From a virus (taxonomy: Duplodnaviria > Caudoviricetes), in IMG/VR virus record IMGVR_UViG_3300020709_000001, positions 1-57,964 of that record: DNA of 57,964 bases; one strand, written 5' to 3'. Position 1 is the stretch's first letter. Each line of letters begins with the position of its first letter. Under the pieces are notes generated by a model. That model saw nothing but the letters and a program-made list of their open reading frames with translations. It was not told the DNA's origin and ran no database searches. Position numbers and translations under genes: made by a program. Of this stretch, positions 20,737-29,026 are shown in pieces.

Positions 20737-20790
20737 ATTATACATAGTTCTTTTAAAAAGAACATAAATTTCATTTCACATTGTGACAAA
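20737..20790 (-). promoter_or_regulatory. Sigma70-type promoter with upstream TCAC-N3-GTGA operator
   Basis: ATGTTC-N17-TATAAT; inverted near-copy of 20873-20925. Confidence 0.7.
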
Positions 20791-20872
20791 ACTGAAAAAG
20801 AATTTATTTCACATGATGATATAGAAAATTGTACTTTTTCTAAGAAACGTGATATGCGTGCACAAAGAAAAC

Positions 20873-20925
20873 TTTGTCATATAGTGAAATAAGATATTGT
20901 ACTTTTTTATAGAACCATGTATAAT
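20873..20925 (+). promoter_or_regulatory. Sigma70-type promoter with upstream TCAT-N3-GTGA operator
   Basis: TTGTAC-N17-TATAAT. Confidence 0.7.
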
Positions 20926-21153
20926 GAACTCATGAACAACAAAAAAGAAAGAGAGGAAAATCTACAATCTAACAGCTGAGATCAGAATCTGCAAGCTCAG
21001 CACTCGGCACAGTCTCAAAATCGCCTAGGGAATAATCCACTCCTGCGCGTCATCTCGAGAGCTCAGCACTCAGAATCTAAGCGTTCTCGAGACTCTGCTC
21101 TGAATCGGCAAGAGCTAGAGCCCGTTTTAAAGCCCGTTTGCCGAGAGCCCGAT

Positions 21154-21597
21154 TCAATCTTCTTGGCTCGACTTTTGGAGGCTGCCAAGAATCTCATTCA
21201 GAATCTCTTGGCCCAGAGTGTGACTGTTCTCGATTTGCACAGCTCCACCATCGGCGCCCGTAAGCTCGACTTTGTTCCGCTCTGAGTATTTATTTGGAAA
21301 ACGAGCTGCAAGTATTTTGTTATAAACCGCTCCATTTAGTCTCGAAGCACCAGGCGACTCTAGAACATTATCCAGTCCTAGATTTTCCCAATATGCAAGC
21401 TCTAAGTTCTTAGCCGTACGTAAGGCCATCATAAACTCTTCATGCTGCTTGGCCCAATTGTCGAGTGTGTTCCATGCTAAATCAAGTTTTGCAGCAATCT
21501 GTTCTTTAGACATACCTTCCCGACCCATTTCAACAACCATTTCACAATATTCCGGCTTATATAGAGATGGACGACCGTTCTTTTTTGCTGCTGTCAT
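21154..21597 (-). CDS. terS: Terminase small subunit (HTH)
   Basis: GRPSLYKPEY...G.S..QIA..L...TL.NW...H.EF; KVELTGADGG; ATGA overlap with the upstream gene. Confidence 0.85.
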   Translation of the reverse strand: MTAAKKNGRPSLYKPEYCEMVVEMGREGMSKEQIAAKLDLAWNTLDNWAKQHEEFMMALRTAKNLELAYWENLGLDNVLESPGASRLNGAVYNKILAARFPNKYSERNKVELTGADGGAVQIENSHTLGQEILNEILGSLQKSSQED

Positions 21598-22169
21598 AAT
21601 ACTTCCTTCCAAAGAGATTCAGTTAATTTTAATACTTTCGATCGTCTAATGCCTATTGTTCTTGAAATAATATGTGCAGATGATAGCTTTCTTCCTTTTC
21701 TTACTGCAGACAATGCTGCAATATGTTCAGGCGTTTGTGGAATTCCTTTTTTCCCTTTAGAAATGTTTTTAGCATGCTCAATTGTTTTTGGCTTGCCTTT
21801 AAGTTTCCATCTGTTTGCATGTGCATTTCTTTGTCTTGTTTCAATGGGTATTCCTGCTAATGGTGAATCTTTAGTCGTTTCAAATGCTCTATTTGCAAAC
21901 TCTTCAGATTTCCAATATTCAAAAGGTAATGAATCTAACCATGATTGTGCTAATCCTTCATTGTCGAACCATTTGCTAAACAGCACCTCGACGTTTGATC
22001 GATTATGGCCTCCGTGCTTAGTGCAATGTGCGATCCAATATCTACCACTTCCACAATACTGATCCATCTGCAACATCACTGTTTGCCCGACATATTTCAT
22101 GCCTGAAGTCTTGTTTTGCATGATGTAATACCAACGAGATTGCCATGGTTTTTGCATTTTGCTCTCCAA
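21594..22169 (-). mobile_element. Free-standing GIY-YIG homing endonuclease with NUMOD3-like repeats
   Basis: YYIMQNKTSGMKYVGQT...YCGSG; C-terminal repeats KPKTIEHAKNIS..KKG, PQTPEH...LS..RKG. Confidence 0.8.
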
Positions 22170-22231
22170 ATAATCATAATTTTAACCTTATTTGCGTCAA
22201 TCGTATACAACAAGATTTCAATGAGCAGGAA

Positions 22232-22565
22232 GTAACGGTTACAAATTTTGGTTACAGTTACACAAAAACGAGGTGAGATTGTATACTATATAATATATAT
22301 ACTTTTATTTAATAATTAAATATATGTAACTATGTAACTCAGTTACTAGCCTTACACAGCTGTCATCTCTCAGTTACATATTCGCTCTCAGTTACACAAT
22401 TTTATGTAACTTTTTCAGCTAAATTTTAGAACTCTCAGCTCTTCTACGATTTAGAATGTAACTTATGCATCTGCATGATCAGAAGACATACTAATTCTTA
22501 GCACACAGAGATGTTAGATCTGAAGGTCTACATACTTCTATAATGTAACTATGTAACTATGTAAC
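22232..22565. repeat. Iteron-like GTAAC/GTTAC cluster around an AT-rich core; candidate replication origin
   Basis: 14 pentamer copies in both orientations, including tandem TATGTAAC; AT tract 22281-22325; non-coding strand-switch region. Confidence 0.6.
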
Positions 22566-22620
22566 TTTCTAACCTATTCTCGAACATTCTCACACACGAA
22601 TTGTCGATTTCTCACTATTT

Positions 22621-22663
22621 ATTTCACATAGTGATATCAAATAGTTCAAATCTATGGTATAAT
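22621..22663 (+). promoter_or_regulatory. Early promoter: operator plus extended -10
   Basis: ATTTCACATAGTGATAT then TGG-TATAAT. Confidence 0.75.
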
Positions 22664-22727
22664 GTTTATGTCGGAAATAACATTTTCGATTTTGTAGATT
22701 CTAAATTCTAAACTAAGGAGCATTACT

Positions 22728-22964
22728 ATGAAGGTTCAAGAACTTATAGAACGATTAAAGTTCGCAAATCCTGAAGCAGATGTACACTTCGCCTACAACT
22801 ACGGCGATTATTGGAATACAGTAGTAGCACCATCAGTCAACTCAGTCGAAGATGGCATGGTTACTTACAGCGAGTACCATCGTATGGACAAACTCATCAC
22901 CGATGTAGATGATGATAACGATGACATCCTCGACCCTGTTAATCCTGTCATTGTTTTAAGTTAG
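22728..22964 (+). CDS. Hypothetical early protein
   Basis: MKVQELIERL...P.A.V; TAAGGAG RBS. Confidence 0.75.
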   Translation: MKVQELIERLKFANPEADVHFAYNYGDYWNTVVAPSVNSVEDGMVTYSEYHRMDKLITDVDDDNDDILDPVNPVIVLS

Positions 22965-22971
22965 GATAATC

Positions 22972-23148
22972 ATGACCATAGATCAATTACAGCAGCAGAT
23001 CTCAGTTCTGAAGCAACAGCTCGAAGCTACAACTGGCTATGCTCTCAGCCTCGAAGAAACCATCTGTCTTAACCTCGGTTATACAGTCGAAGATCTTCGC
23101 TCTCAATGCGAAGTAGTTCTTTATGATGAAAATGGAAAGGCACTCTAA
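22972..23148 (+). CDS. Small hypothetical protein (58 aa, not in the ORF track)
   Basis: MTIDQLQQQISVLKQQLE...GKAL; AGGA RBS; TAATG coupling to the next gene. Confidence 0.65.
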   Translation: MTIDQLQQQISVLKQQLEATTGYALSLEETICLNLGYTVEDLRSQCEVVLYDENGKAL

Positions 23149-23330
23149 TGAAACCCGATCAAATCCGTCAGATTCTTAATGCTTTGGAAGAACACTCCAA
23201 CACACCGAATCGCACATGCGTAGTTGCAAAGCAGCTTGGTTTACCCAAGTCCACTATTCAGCATGTCATTAGCGAATGGTGTATCGATACAGCCCGTCGT
23301 CATGAAGGAACTATCCATGTCAAGCACTAA
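23148..23330 (+). CDS. Stand-alone IclR-like helix-turn-helix protein
   Basis: QILNAL...VAKQLGLPKSTIQHVI. Confidence 0.65.
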   Translation: MKPDQIRQILNALEEHSNTPNRTCVVAKQLGLPKSTIQHVISEWCIDTARRHEGTIHVKH

Positions 23331-23505
23331 GTCCTTCCGTGTATCATTCATGCTAGATCTCAAAGGCATGGAATCGACCTCCGACGTTACAGCTTGGATC
23401 GAAAGAGCTATCGAACAGCAGTTAGAACGCCATGAAACGCTTCATCCTGTGCTCGTTAAGCCCTTCGATGCTGGCATGGGCAACACTCCTCTTAAACTTC
23501 TATGA
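23317..23505 (+). CDS. Hypothetical protein
   Basis: Probable start MSSTKSF after GAAGGA. Confidence 0.55.
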   Translation: MSSTKSFRVSFMLDLKGMESTSDVTAWIERAIEQQLERHETLHPVLVKPFDAGMGNTPLKLL

Positions 23506-23515
23506 AAGATCTACT

Positions 23516-23770
23516 ATGAATACCACTGATTCAGTTCAACCTTTTCACTTTTATGCTGCCAACTATGCAGAGTGGCGCACATCCGATAATATTAACGATG
23601 TTATCGATTGGTTTAAAAAACAGAAAGCAACCTATACCATTTTCTACGTTCCATTGCCTAATGCGGCGAATTACGAGATCAAGTGGTATGCTCCACAAGT
23701 AGAAGGTTGCCAGTACCTAGGTACGTACAAAGGCACCAAGCTCTATGATGCCGAGAAAGAGGCTGCATAG
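23516..23770 (+). CDS. Hypothetical protein
   Basis: Probable start MNTTDSV; Y.I..YAPQVEG. Confidence 0.65.
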   Translation: MNTTDSVQPFHFYAANYAEWRTSDNINDVIDWFKKQKATYTIFYVPLPNAANYEIKWYAPQVEGCQYLGTYKGTKLYDAEKEAA

Positions 23771-23821
23771 ACTAACTGATGAGGCTTTAATAGCCGAAAC
23801 CACAGCGATGTGGTCTTAGTC
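23770..23821 (+). ncRNA. Type I hammerhead ribozyme
   Basis: Stem I GACUAA/UUAGUC; core CUGAUGA; stem II GGCU/AGCC; GAAA; stem III CCACA-GCGA-UGUGG; GUC cleavage triplet ending at 23815. Confidence 0.92.
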
Positions 23822-23838
23822 AACAACAGGAGAAATCC

Positions 23839-24033
23839 ATGAACTTACAACCTAGTATTACTCAAGCTCAGAAAAAGACGGCTCTTAAGTTTTATAAAGA
23901 GCATTTAATGGATAACTGCAATCTTAGTGAACTTGCAGAAATGGTCATTAAATATATGCCCGCTAAAGAATTACAATCTGAACTTGAAAATGTGGTTGAA
24001 CTGTGTGATATCGAGCCTGATGGCACATACTAG
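23839..24033 (+). CDS. Hypothetical protein
   Basis: 64 aa; AGGAG RBS just downstream of the ribozyme. Confidence 0.7.
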   Translation: MNLQPSITQAQKKTALKFYKEHLMDNCNLSELAEMVIKYMPAKELQSELENVVELCDIEPDGTY

Positions 24034-24054
24034 AATCGTACTAAGATTTAAACT

Positions 24055-24097
24055 ATTTTACATAGTGATATGAGATAGCTGTAATCTGTGGTATAAT
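24055..24097 (+). promoter_or_regulatory. Early promoter: operator plus extended -10
   Basis: ATTTTACATAGTGATAT then TGG-TATAAT; same spacing as the 22621 promoter. Confidence 0.75.
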
Positions 24098-24142
24098 GTT
24101 TATGTAGTAACTTAATTCTTAACTTTTAATACGGAGTAAATC

Positions 24143-24568
24143 ATGACTCAAATGCAAGTATTACCTCCCGAAACAATCAAGGTCATTGTGCCACCCGGCA
24201 AGTATGTCCTTGGTGATCCATGTTATGTAGTCCCACAAGAGGATTGGCAACCACTCCTCGAATCATGTGATTATTTCAATCTTCCTGTAGGCTTATGCAA
24301 AGGCTTTCAAGTCCTCGGTTTTTCAACTAAGTATGGCGATGGTACATATGCCGATAATAAGCGCAGGCACTATCCTGTAGATGCTGGCCTTATTGGTCTA
24401 GTTCCTTGGGCATATGCAGAGAATGTTAATCCCGAGTATTCGCACATTGTAGAGTTTAGCTTTAACACTGTATGTTCACGTAATACTGATGGTACATTAA
24501 CATTTGGCGCTATTAGTATCGAAACAGGCGATGATGCTTCATTCGAGGATAACGAAGATGAAGAATGA
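24143..24568 (+). CDS. Conserved phage hypothetical protein
   Basis: GKYVLGDPCYV...T.YGDG.Y...VDAGLIG; GGAG RBS. Confidence 0.75.
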   Translation: MTQMQVLPPETIKVIVPPGKYVLGDPCYVVPQEDWQPLLESCDYFNLPVGLCKGFQVLGFSTKYGDGTYADNKRRHYPVDAGLIGLVPWAYAENVNPEYSHIVEFSFNTVCSRNTDGTLTFGAISIETGDDASFEDNEDEE

Positions 24569-24704
24569 CACTACTAAATTAGTATACGTTTTAATGGAAG
24601 AGGTAGACCCGATTGCGGTCTACTATCGTAAAATCGATGCTCAGAATGATGCAATTAAGTATCAACTTCATAACTGGACCATCATAGCCAGGGAGTTAGT
24701 ATGA
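24558..24704 (+). CDS. Small hypothetical protein
   Basis: Probable start MKNDTT after GAGGA; ends ELV with ATGA coupling. Confidence 0.5.
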   Translation: MKNDTTKLVYVLMEEVDPIAVYYRKIDAQNDAIKYQLHNWTIIARELV

Positions 24705-24976
24705 ACTTCGAACATGACTTCACTATTGATGATAGTCTAAAACAAGCTTATTCCTATGATCGCCCGTCTTGGATGGTCATGAATGCGCTTATGAACGGTT
24801 TTATGGCAAACGGATTAACCGAAGAACAAGCTCGTGTATTATTTAGTTCTAAGGCAATCAGGCATGCCCTCGACCAATCATTTGGAGAAGCCCTAGAAGC
24901 AATGGCATACCATTTCGGTATTACCATTTCAAATCAATATAAACACGAGCCTTGGCTCAATGAGGAGTTAGTATGA
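24701..24976 (+). CDS. Hypothetical protein bounded by 13-bp direct repeats
   Basis: GGAGTTAGTATGA at 24692-24704 and 24964-24976. Confidence 0.7.
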   Translation: MNFEHDFTIDDSLKQAYSYDRPSWMVMNALMNGFMANGLTEEQARVLFSSKAIRHALDQSFGEALEAMAYHFGITISNQYKHEPWLNEELV

Positions 24977-25317
24977 CCGATAAGCCCTTTTTAACGCATA
25001 ATGATGACGATTCCATCACAGCCAACGGCACATCATTGCAAGCCTACTTACATAATTTGCCATATACCACATTGGTTGATATGTTTGGCGAACCTTCTGA
25101 TCATTTTGATGACTTCAAATGTGATGCCGAGTGGTACATAGAATTTCCCGATGGCGAAGTTGCTACCATTTATAACTGGAAAGACGGTAAGAACTATTGC
25201 GGTCCTTCAGGTAAAAACAAAGAAGAGATTCGCACATGGCATATTGGTGGAAAATCTCGTGATGTAGTACTAAGAATTCACCAATTACTTAGCAAAACAC
25301 CGATAAGTTACTGCTAA
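24973..25317 (+). CDS. Conserved phage hypothetical protein
   Basis: GTSLQ...FGEP...K..AEW...ATIYNWK...WHIGG. Confidence 0.75.
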   Translation: MTDKPFLTHNDDDSITANGTSLQAYLHNLPYTTLVDMFGEPSDHFDDFKCDAEWYIEFPDGEVATIYNWKDGKNYCGPSGKNKEEIRTWHIGGKSRDVVLRIHQLLSKTPISYC

Positions 25318-25329
25318 GCTGCTAATTGG

Positions 25330-25366
25330 TGTTATGATAGTTACCCGGCACAAAAAAGTGCCGGGT
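25330..25366 (+). promoter_or_regulatory. Primase promoter (extended -10) followed by a 5' hairpin
   Basis: TGT-TATGAT (25330-25338); ACCCGGCAC-A6-GTGCCGGGT (25343-25366). Confidence 0.55.
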
Positions 25367-25399
25367 GAATAGTGCATAGTATTAAGTAAAGATTATGAA

Positions 25400-25510
25400 C
25401 AAAAAAATCCCCAATGCAGAAACATCGGGGATTAAGAGGATAGACCAATGAAGTCATCTAACAATTTGAAGGAGCATTGACTTGGGTTTCAATGAACAAA
25501 CAATTAGACC
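25400..25510 (-). ncRNA. Predicted antisense RNA of about 110 nt over the primase RBS and start
   Basis: Minus-strand TGA-TATAAT (25525-25517) and minus-strand terminator AATCCCCGATG-N6-CATTGGGGATT-TTTTT (25433-25401). Confidence 0.5.
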
Positions 25511-27521
25511 CGAACAATTATATCAGGACTTCCTAGAATCACGTAATTTTGATCAAGATGATATTAATGCCCTCGGTCTACAATATTTAAGCGAACAAGA
25601 CACACAAACACTTCTCGGTTTTCCTGAGTTTTCGGCATCAGTAAAGATTCCGTATTTTGATATGGACGGAAACGAAACAGATTTTGTTCGCGTTCGCGTT
25701 CTGAATCCGCGCGGAAAAAGAAAGTATAGCCAACGGCAGCATTCAGGCTCTCACATTTATTTTCCTAAGAACTCGATGTGGGCAACAGCCCGAACGAATT
25801 TAGGATTGCCGCTTATTATTACAGAAGGTGAGTTTAAAGCTCACGCAATCACCAAGGCAATTCAAAAAGAAGGATTGCCGCATATCTGTTTAGCCCTTGC
25901 AGGTGTATCATCTTGGACCGACAAATCCAAGCTGCCAATACACAAAGACCTAATGGCGATCCTATACAGTAAAGGATTAGCCTCACGAGACGTGTATATT
26001 CTCTTTGATTATGACGGGAAATATGAAGACGGTGAGCCCAATGATCAGGTTGCATTGGAAGAGACTAAATTAGCAATTACACTTGCAGGTCTTGGAGCCA
26101 AAGTACATTTATGCCGCATTGGTAAGTTTAAGTCCATTAAAGGCCAGAAATATGCAATTGATGATCACCTAGAAATTGGTGGCACATTATCAGAGGTTTT
26201 AAATGATTGTATAGATCCAACCATGGTGAAGAATAGTGAGGAATACTATTTGTACACCGCTAGAACACAATGGGGAATATTTAATGGGCAATGGGTACGC
26301 TTATCTGACGGCATGCAAATGAGCAGTCAAAGAATACGCACGGAACTTGCTAATCAGTCGTGGCTTCGTCCTGGGCCAAATGGTCGAATGACTATCGCAA
26401 AATTAGCAGATGCTTATCCCGCTTGGAGCAAGCGCCTGAATCTAAAAGGATTAGGCATGTTTCCACAACACCAAGGGTTTAACATTACGCCCGACGGCTA
26501 CTATAATTTCACGAAAAACTGGAAATATGAGCCACTTGCAGGACCATGTGATCCATGGCTGCATTGGTGCAAATACTTTTTTAAAGATGCTCCAGAGTTT
26601 GAAGAGTTTTTCCATAATTGGGTTGCACAGTTTTTACAAAAACCTTGGGAAAGAAACAACACAACCATTCAGTTTATTAGTCCAAGGCAAGGCATTGGTA
26701 AAAGCTTTACTGTAGGTTGGATAGCAGAAATGATGGGAGAATTATCACTGTCATTAGGCCCTGATCGGTTATTTGAGAGGTTCAACTCATTTCTATTGAA
26801 CCGCATATTGATTATTGTAGATGAGCCAAGCACTGACAATGCAAGGCATGCAGATACAGTGAAAAACTACGTAACCAATGACTCGATTCCTATCGAGATT
26901 AAAAACCAAGATGTATTCTCAATTACAAATTACATTAACTATGCATTTACAACCAATCATGCAAAAGTGACTACAGTAAATGAAGGTGCAAGGCGGGAAG
27001 CCATTTATATTCCCCATTCATTAGACCCTATTGCATGCCATGCAATGATTCATGATGTTAAAACATGGTGTAAAGAAGAGCAAGGCTTTGAGCACATGAT
27101 GCATTTTTACACAACAAGAGATCTTTCTACATTTGATTCACGAGCACCAGCGCCAATGACCGATCATAAGCAAGAAGTAATACAAGCCAGTAAGTCGGCA
27201 TGGGCACAGTTTGCACAGGATGTTTGGGAATGGGTTGATTTAGAACTTGATGGTGTGGCAGCACTTAGTAAGAGTATGATGACCACATTAATTCGTTATT
27301 TTGACTATGAGTCAGCAAGACTCACAAGTCACAACATTAATAATTCATTTAATGAGCTTTGTTTTGTACAGCAGAATAAAGTGATTAAGAATCATGATGG
27401 ACAACCAGTAAGATGTCTTTTATTAGGTAGAACCGCAAGAGACTTAAATGTGAACTATAAAGACGTATTAGACAAAACCAACCTTGCAATCGAGAAATTA
27501 ATTCAGAGAACAAATTTTTAA
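25482..27521 (+). CDS. Primase-helicase (Toprim DUF3854-like plus SF3/D5-like NTPase)
   Basis: LIITEGEFKA, ILFDYD, IDDHL; Walker A RQGIGKS, Walker B IIVDE, FTTN; TTG start after GAAGGAG. Confidence 0.88.
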   Translation: MGFNEQTIRPEQLYQDFLESRNFDQDDINALGLQYLSEQDTQTLLGFPEFSASVKIPYFDMDGNETDFVRVRVLNPRGKRKYSQRQHSGSHIYFPKNSMWATARTNLGLPLIITEGEFKAHAITKAIQKEGLPHICLALAGVSSWTDKSKLPIHKDLMAILYSKGLASRDVYILFDYDGKYEDGEPNDQVALEETKLAITLAGLGAKVHLCRIGKFKSIKGQKYAIDDHLEIGGTLSEVLNDCIDPTMVKNSEEYYLYTARTQWGIFNGQWVRLSDGMQMSSQRIRTELANQSWLRPGPNGRMTIAKLADAYPAWSKRLNLKGLGMFPQHQGFNITPDGYYNFTKNWKYEPLAGPCDPWLHWCKYFFKDAPEFEEFFHNWVAQFLQKPWERNNTTIQFISPRQGIGKSFTVGWIAEMMGELSLSLGPDRLFERFNSFLLNRILIIVDEPSTDNARHADTVKNYVTNDSIPIEIKNQDVFSITNYINYAFTTNHAKVTTVNEGARREAIYIPHSLDPIACHAMIHDVKTWCKEEQGFEHMMHFYTTRDLSTFDSRAPAPMTDHKQEVIQASKSAWAQFAQDVWEWVDLELDGVAALSKSMMTTLIRYFDYESARLTSHNINNSFNELCFVQQNKVIKNHDGQPVRCLLLGRTARDLNVNYKDVLDKTNLAIEKLIQRTNF

Positions 27522-27524
27522 TTT

Positions 27525-27567
27525 ATTTCATATGATGATATTCAAAAGTACAATTATGTGGTATAAT
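27525..27567 (+). promoter_or_regulatory. Promoter: operator plus extended -10
   Basis: ATTTCATATGATGATAT then TGG-TATAAT; same spacing as 22621 and 24055. Confidence 0.75.
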
Positions 27568-27635
27568 GTACTTGTAGTTAGTAATACAGGTTGTAAGTTT
27601 AATTCGTAATTCTTAACTTTAATAAGGAGCTTTAT

Positions 27636-28577
27636 ATGGCACATATGATAGCCAAAACAATCGACGGCAAGGATGCTATTGCCTATGTCGGTGAAACACC
27701 ATGGCATGGTCTTGGTCAACAATTAACCGCTGATGCACCTATCGATACTTGGGCAAAAGAAAGCGGTCTTGATTTTCAATTATTAACCACACCTATTTTA
27801 TTTCAACCTACTGCAGATAGAATTAACCATGTTTATAACGGTAAGACAGTAATCTATCGTAAAGACACAACAGAAGCCTTAGGTATTGTGTCCAACCGTT
27901 ACAAAATTGTACAACCTATTGAGGTCCTACATTTCTTTAAAGAAATTATTGGCCCTGTTGCACAACTTGAAACAGCTGGTGTATTACGCAACGGTGCACA
28001 TTATTGGGCACTCGCTAAAATGGAAGGTGAATTTAACCTTGCAGGCGATAAAGTAATGCAGTATTTGTTATTAGCTTCATCAGCCGATGGTTCATTGGCA
28101 ACACAAGCAAGATTGACTACGGTCCGTGTGGTATGCAACAATACAATGCAAATTGCACAAAATCAAGGTCAAGCAGTTAAAGTTAGACATAATTCCATCT
28201 TTGATCCTTCTGATGTGCTTAAGAAATTAGGTGAAATTAATGCTGGCTTTAAGGCATTTCAAACAACTGCCGAAACATTAGCACGGATTAAGTTGGACTC
28301 CGCAAAAGCCAAACAAATCTTTGTCAATGTATTAGGTGGTACCGAGGACAAACCAAGCCGCCAAGCATTACGTGCCTTGGATTTGTTTGAAGGTCGTGGT
28401 ATTGGCAGTGATCTGGAATCAGCAAATGGTACTGCATGGGGTGCATTAAATGCGGTTACACAATTAGTTGATTGGGAAAATGCTAGAACCGATGATGCAC
28501 GTATCCGTAGTGCATGGTTTGGTTATGGTGCAACACTTAAGCAAAAGGCATTGGATAACTTATTGCTAGCTGCTTAA
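27636..28577 (+). CDS. DUF932-family phage/plasmid protein
   Basis: TPWHGLG, ETAG.L..G, RVVCNNT, GTAWGALNAVT. Confidence 0.88.
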   Translation: MAHMIAKTIDGKDAIAYVGETPWHGLGQQLTADAPIDTWAKESGLDFQLLTTPILFQPTADRINHVYNGKTVIYRKDTTEALGIVSNRYKIVQPIEVLHFFKEIIGPVAQLETAGVLRNGAHYWALAKMEGEFNLAGDKVMQYLLLASSADGSLATQARLTTVRVVCNNTMQIAQNQGQAVKVRHNSIFDPSDVLKKLGEINAGFKAFQTTAETLARIKLDSAKAKQIFVNVLGGTEDKPSRQALRALDLFEGRGIGSDLESANGTAWGALNAVTQLVDWENARTDDARIRSAWFGYGATLKQKALDNLLLAA

Positions 28578-28583
28578 TATGGT

Positions 28584-28613
28584 GGGGTATAGCTAAACAC
28601 TATGCCCCTTTTT
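28584..28613 (+). terminator. Rho-independent terminator
   Basis: GGGGTATAG-N7-CTATGCCCC-TTTTT. Confidence 0.8.
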
Positions 28614-28634
28614 GTTTATATGAAAGGAAACAGA

Positions 28635-28742
28635 ATGTTTTTAGATAAATACAACATTCCACAATGGTTAGAAGTTATAGCTTTGGCTGTAACAGGAATT
28701 GTACTAGGTTGCATGTTTGCTTATGGGATACTTGACCTATGA
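28635..28742 (+). CDS. 35-aa single-pass membrane protein (not in the ORF track)
   Basis: MFLDKYNIPQWLEVIALAVTGIVLGCMFAYGILDL; AAAGGA RBS; ATGA coupling. Confidence 0.55.
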   Translation: MFLDKYNIPQWLEVIALAVTGIVLGCMFAYGILDL

Positions 28743-29026
28743 GAACACCTTTAGCATGGCATCAAAAACGTCAACAGGCAGAAATGTCACATGTTGCAGA
28801 AATAGTTCTTGATTTAATTCGAGAACAAGGGCCGATTAAGATCACAGACTTAGCTACAGCAGCTGAAAAAGAACGAATCGGTTCTAGAGCTCACATTTAC
28901 ATGAACCTAACTTGGCTTCGAAACAATGATTATGTGAAGGTTGAAAACCCGAATAATAATCTACGAATTAAAGAGTTGTCGGTCTCTGATAAAGGTACGC
29001 AATATTTAGAGTCGGACAATGGTTGA
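28739..29026 (+). CDS. Winged-helix (MarR-like) DNA-binding protein
   Basis: VLDLIREQGPIKITDLA...L..L...DYV...R.K.L.VSDKG. Confidence 0.65.
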   Translation: MRTPLAWHQKRQQAEMSHVAEIVLDLIREQGPIKITDLATAAEKERIGSRAHIYMNLTWLRNNDYVKVENPNNNLRIKELSVSDKGTQYLESDNG

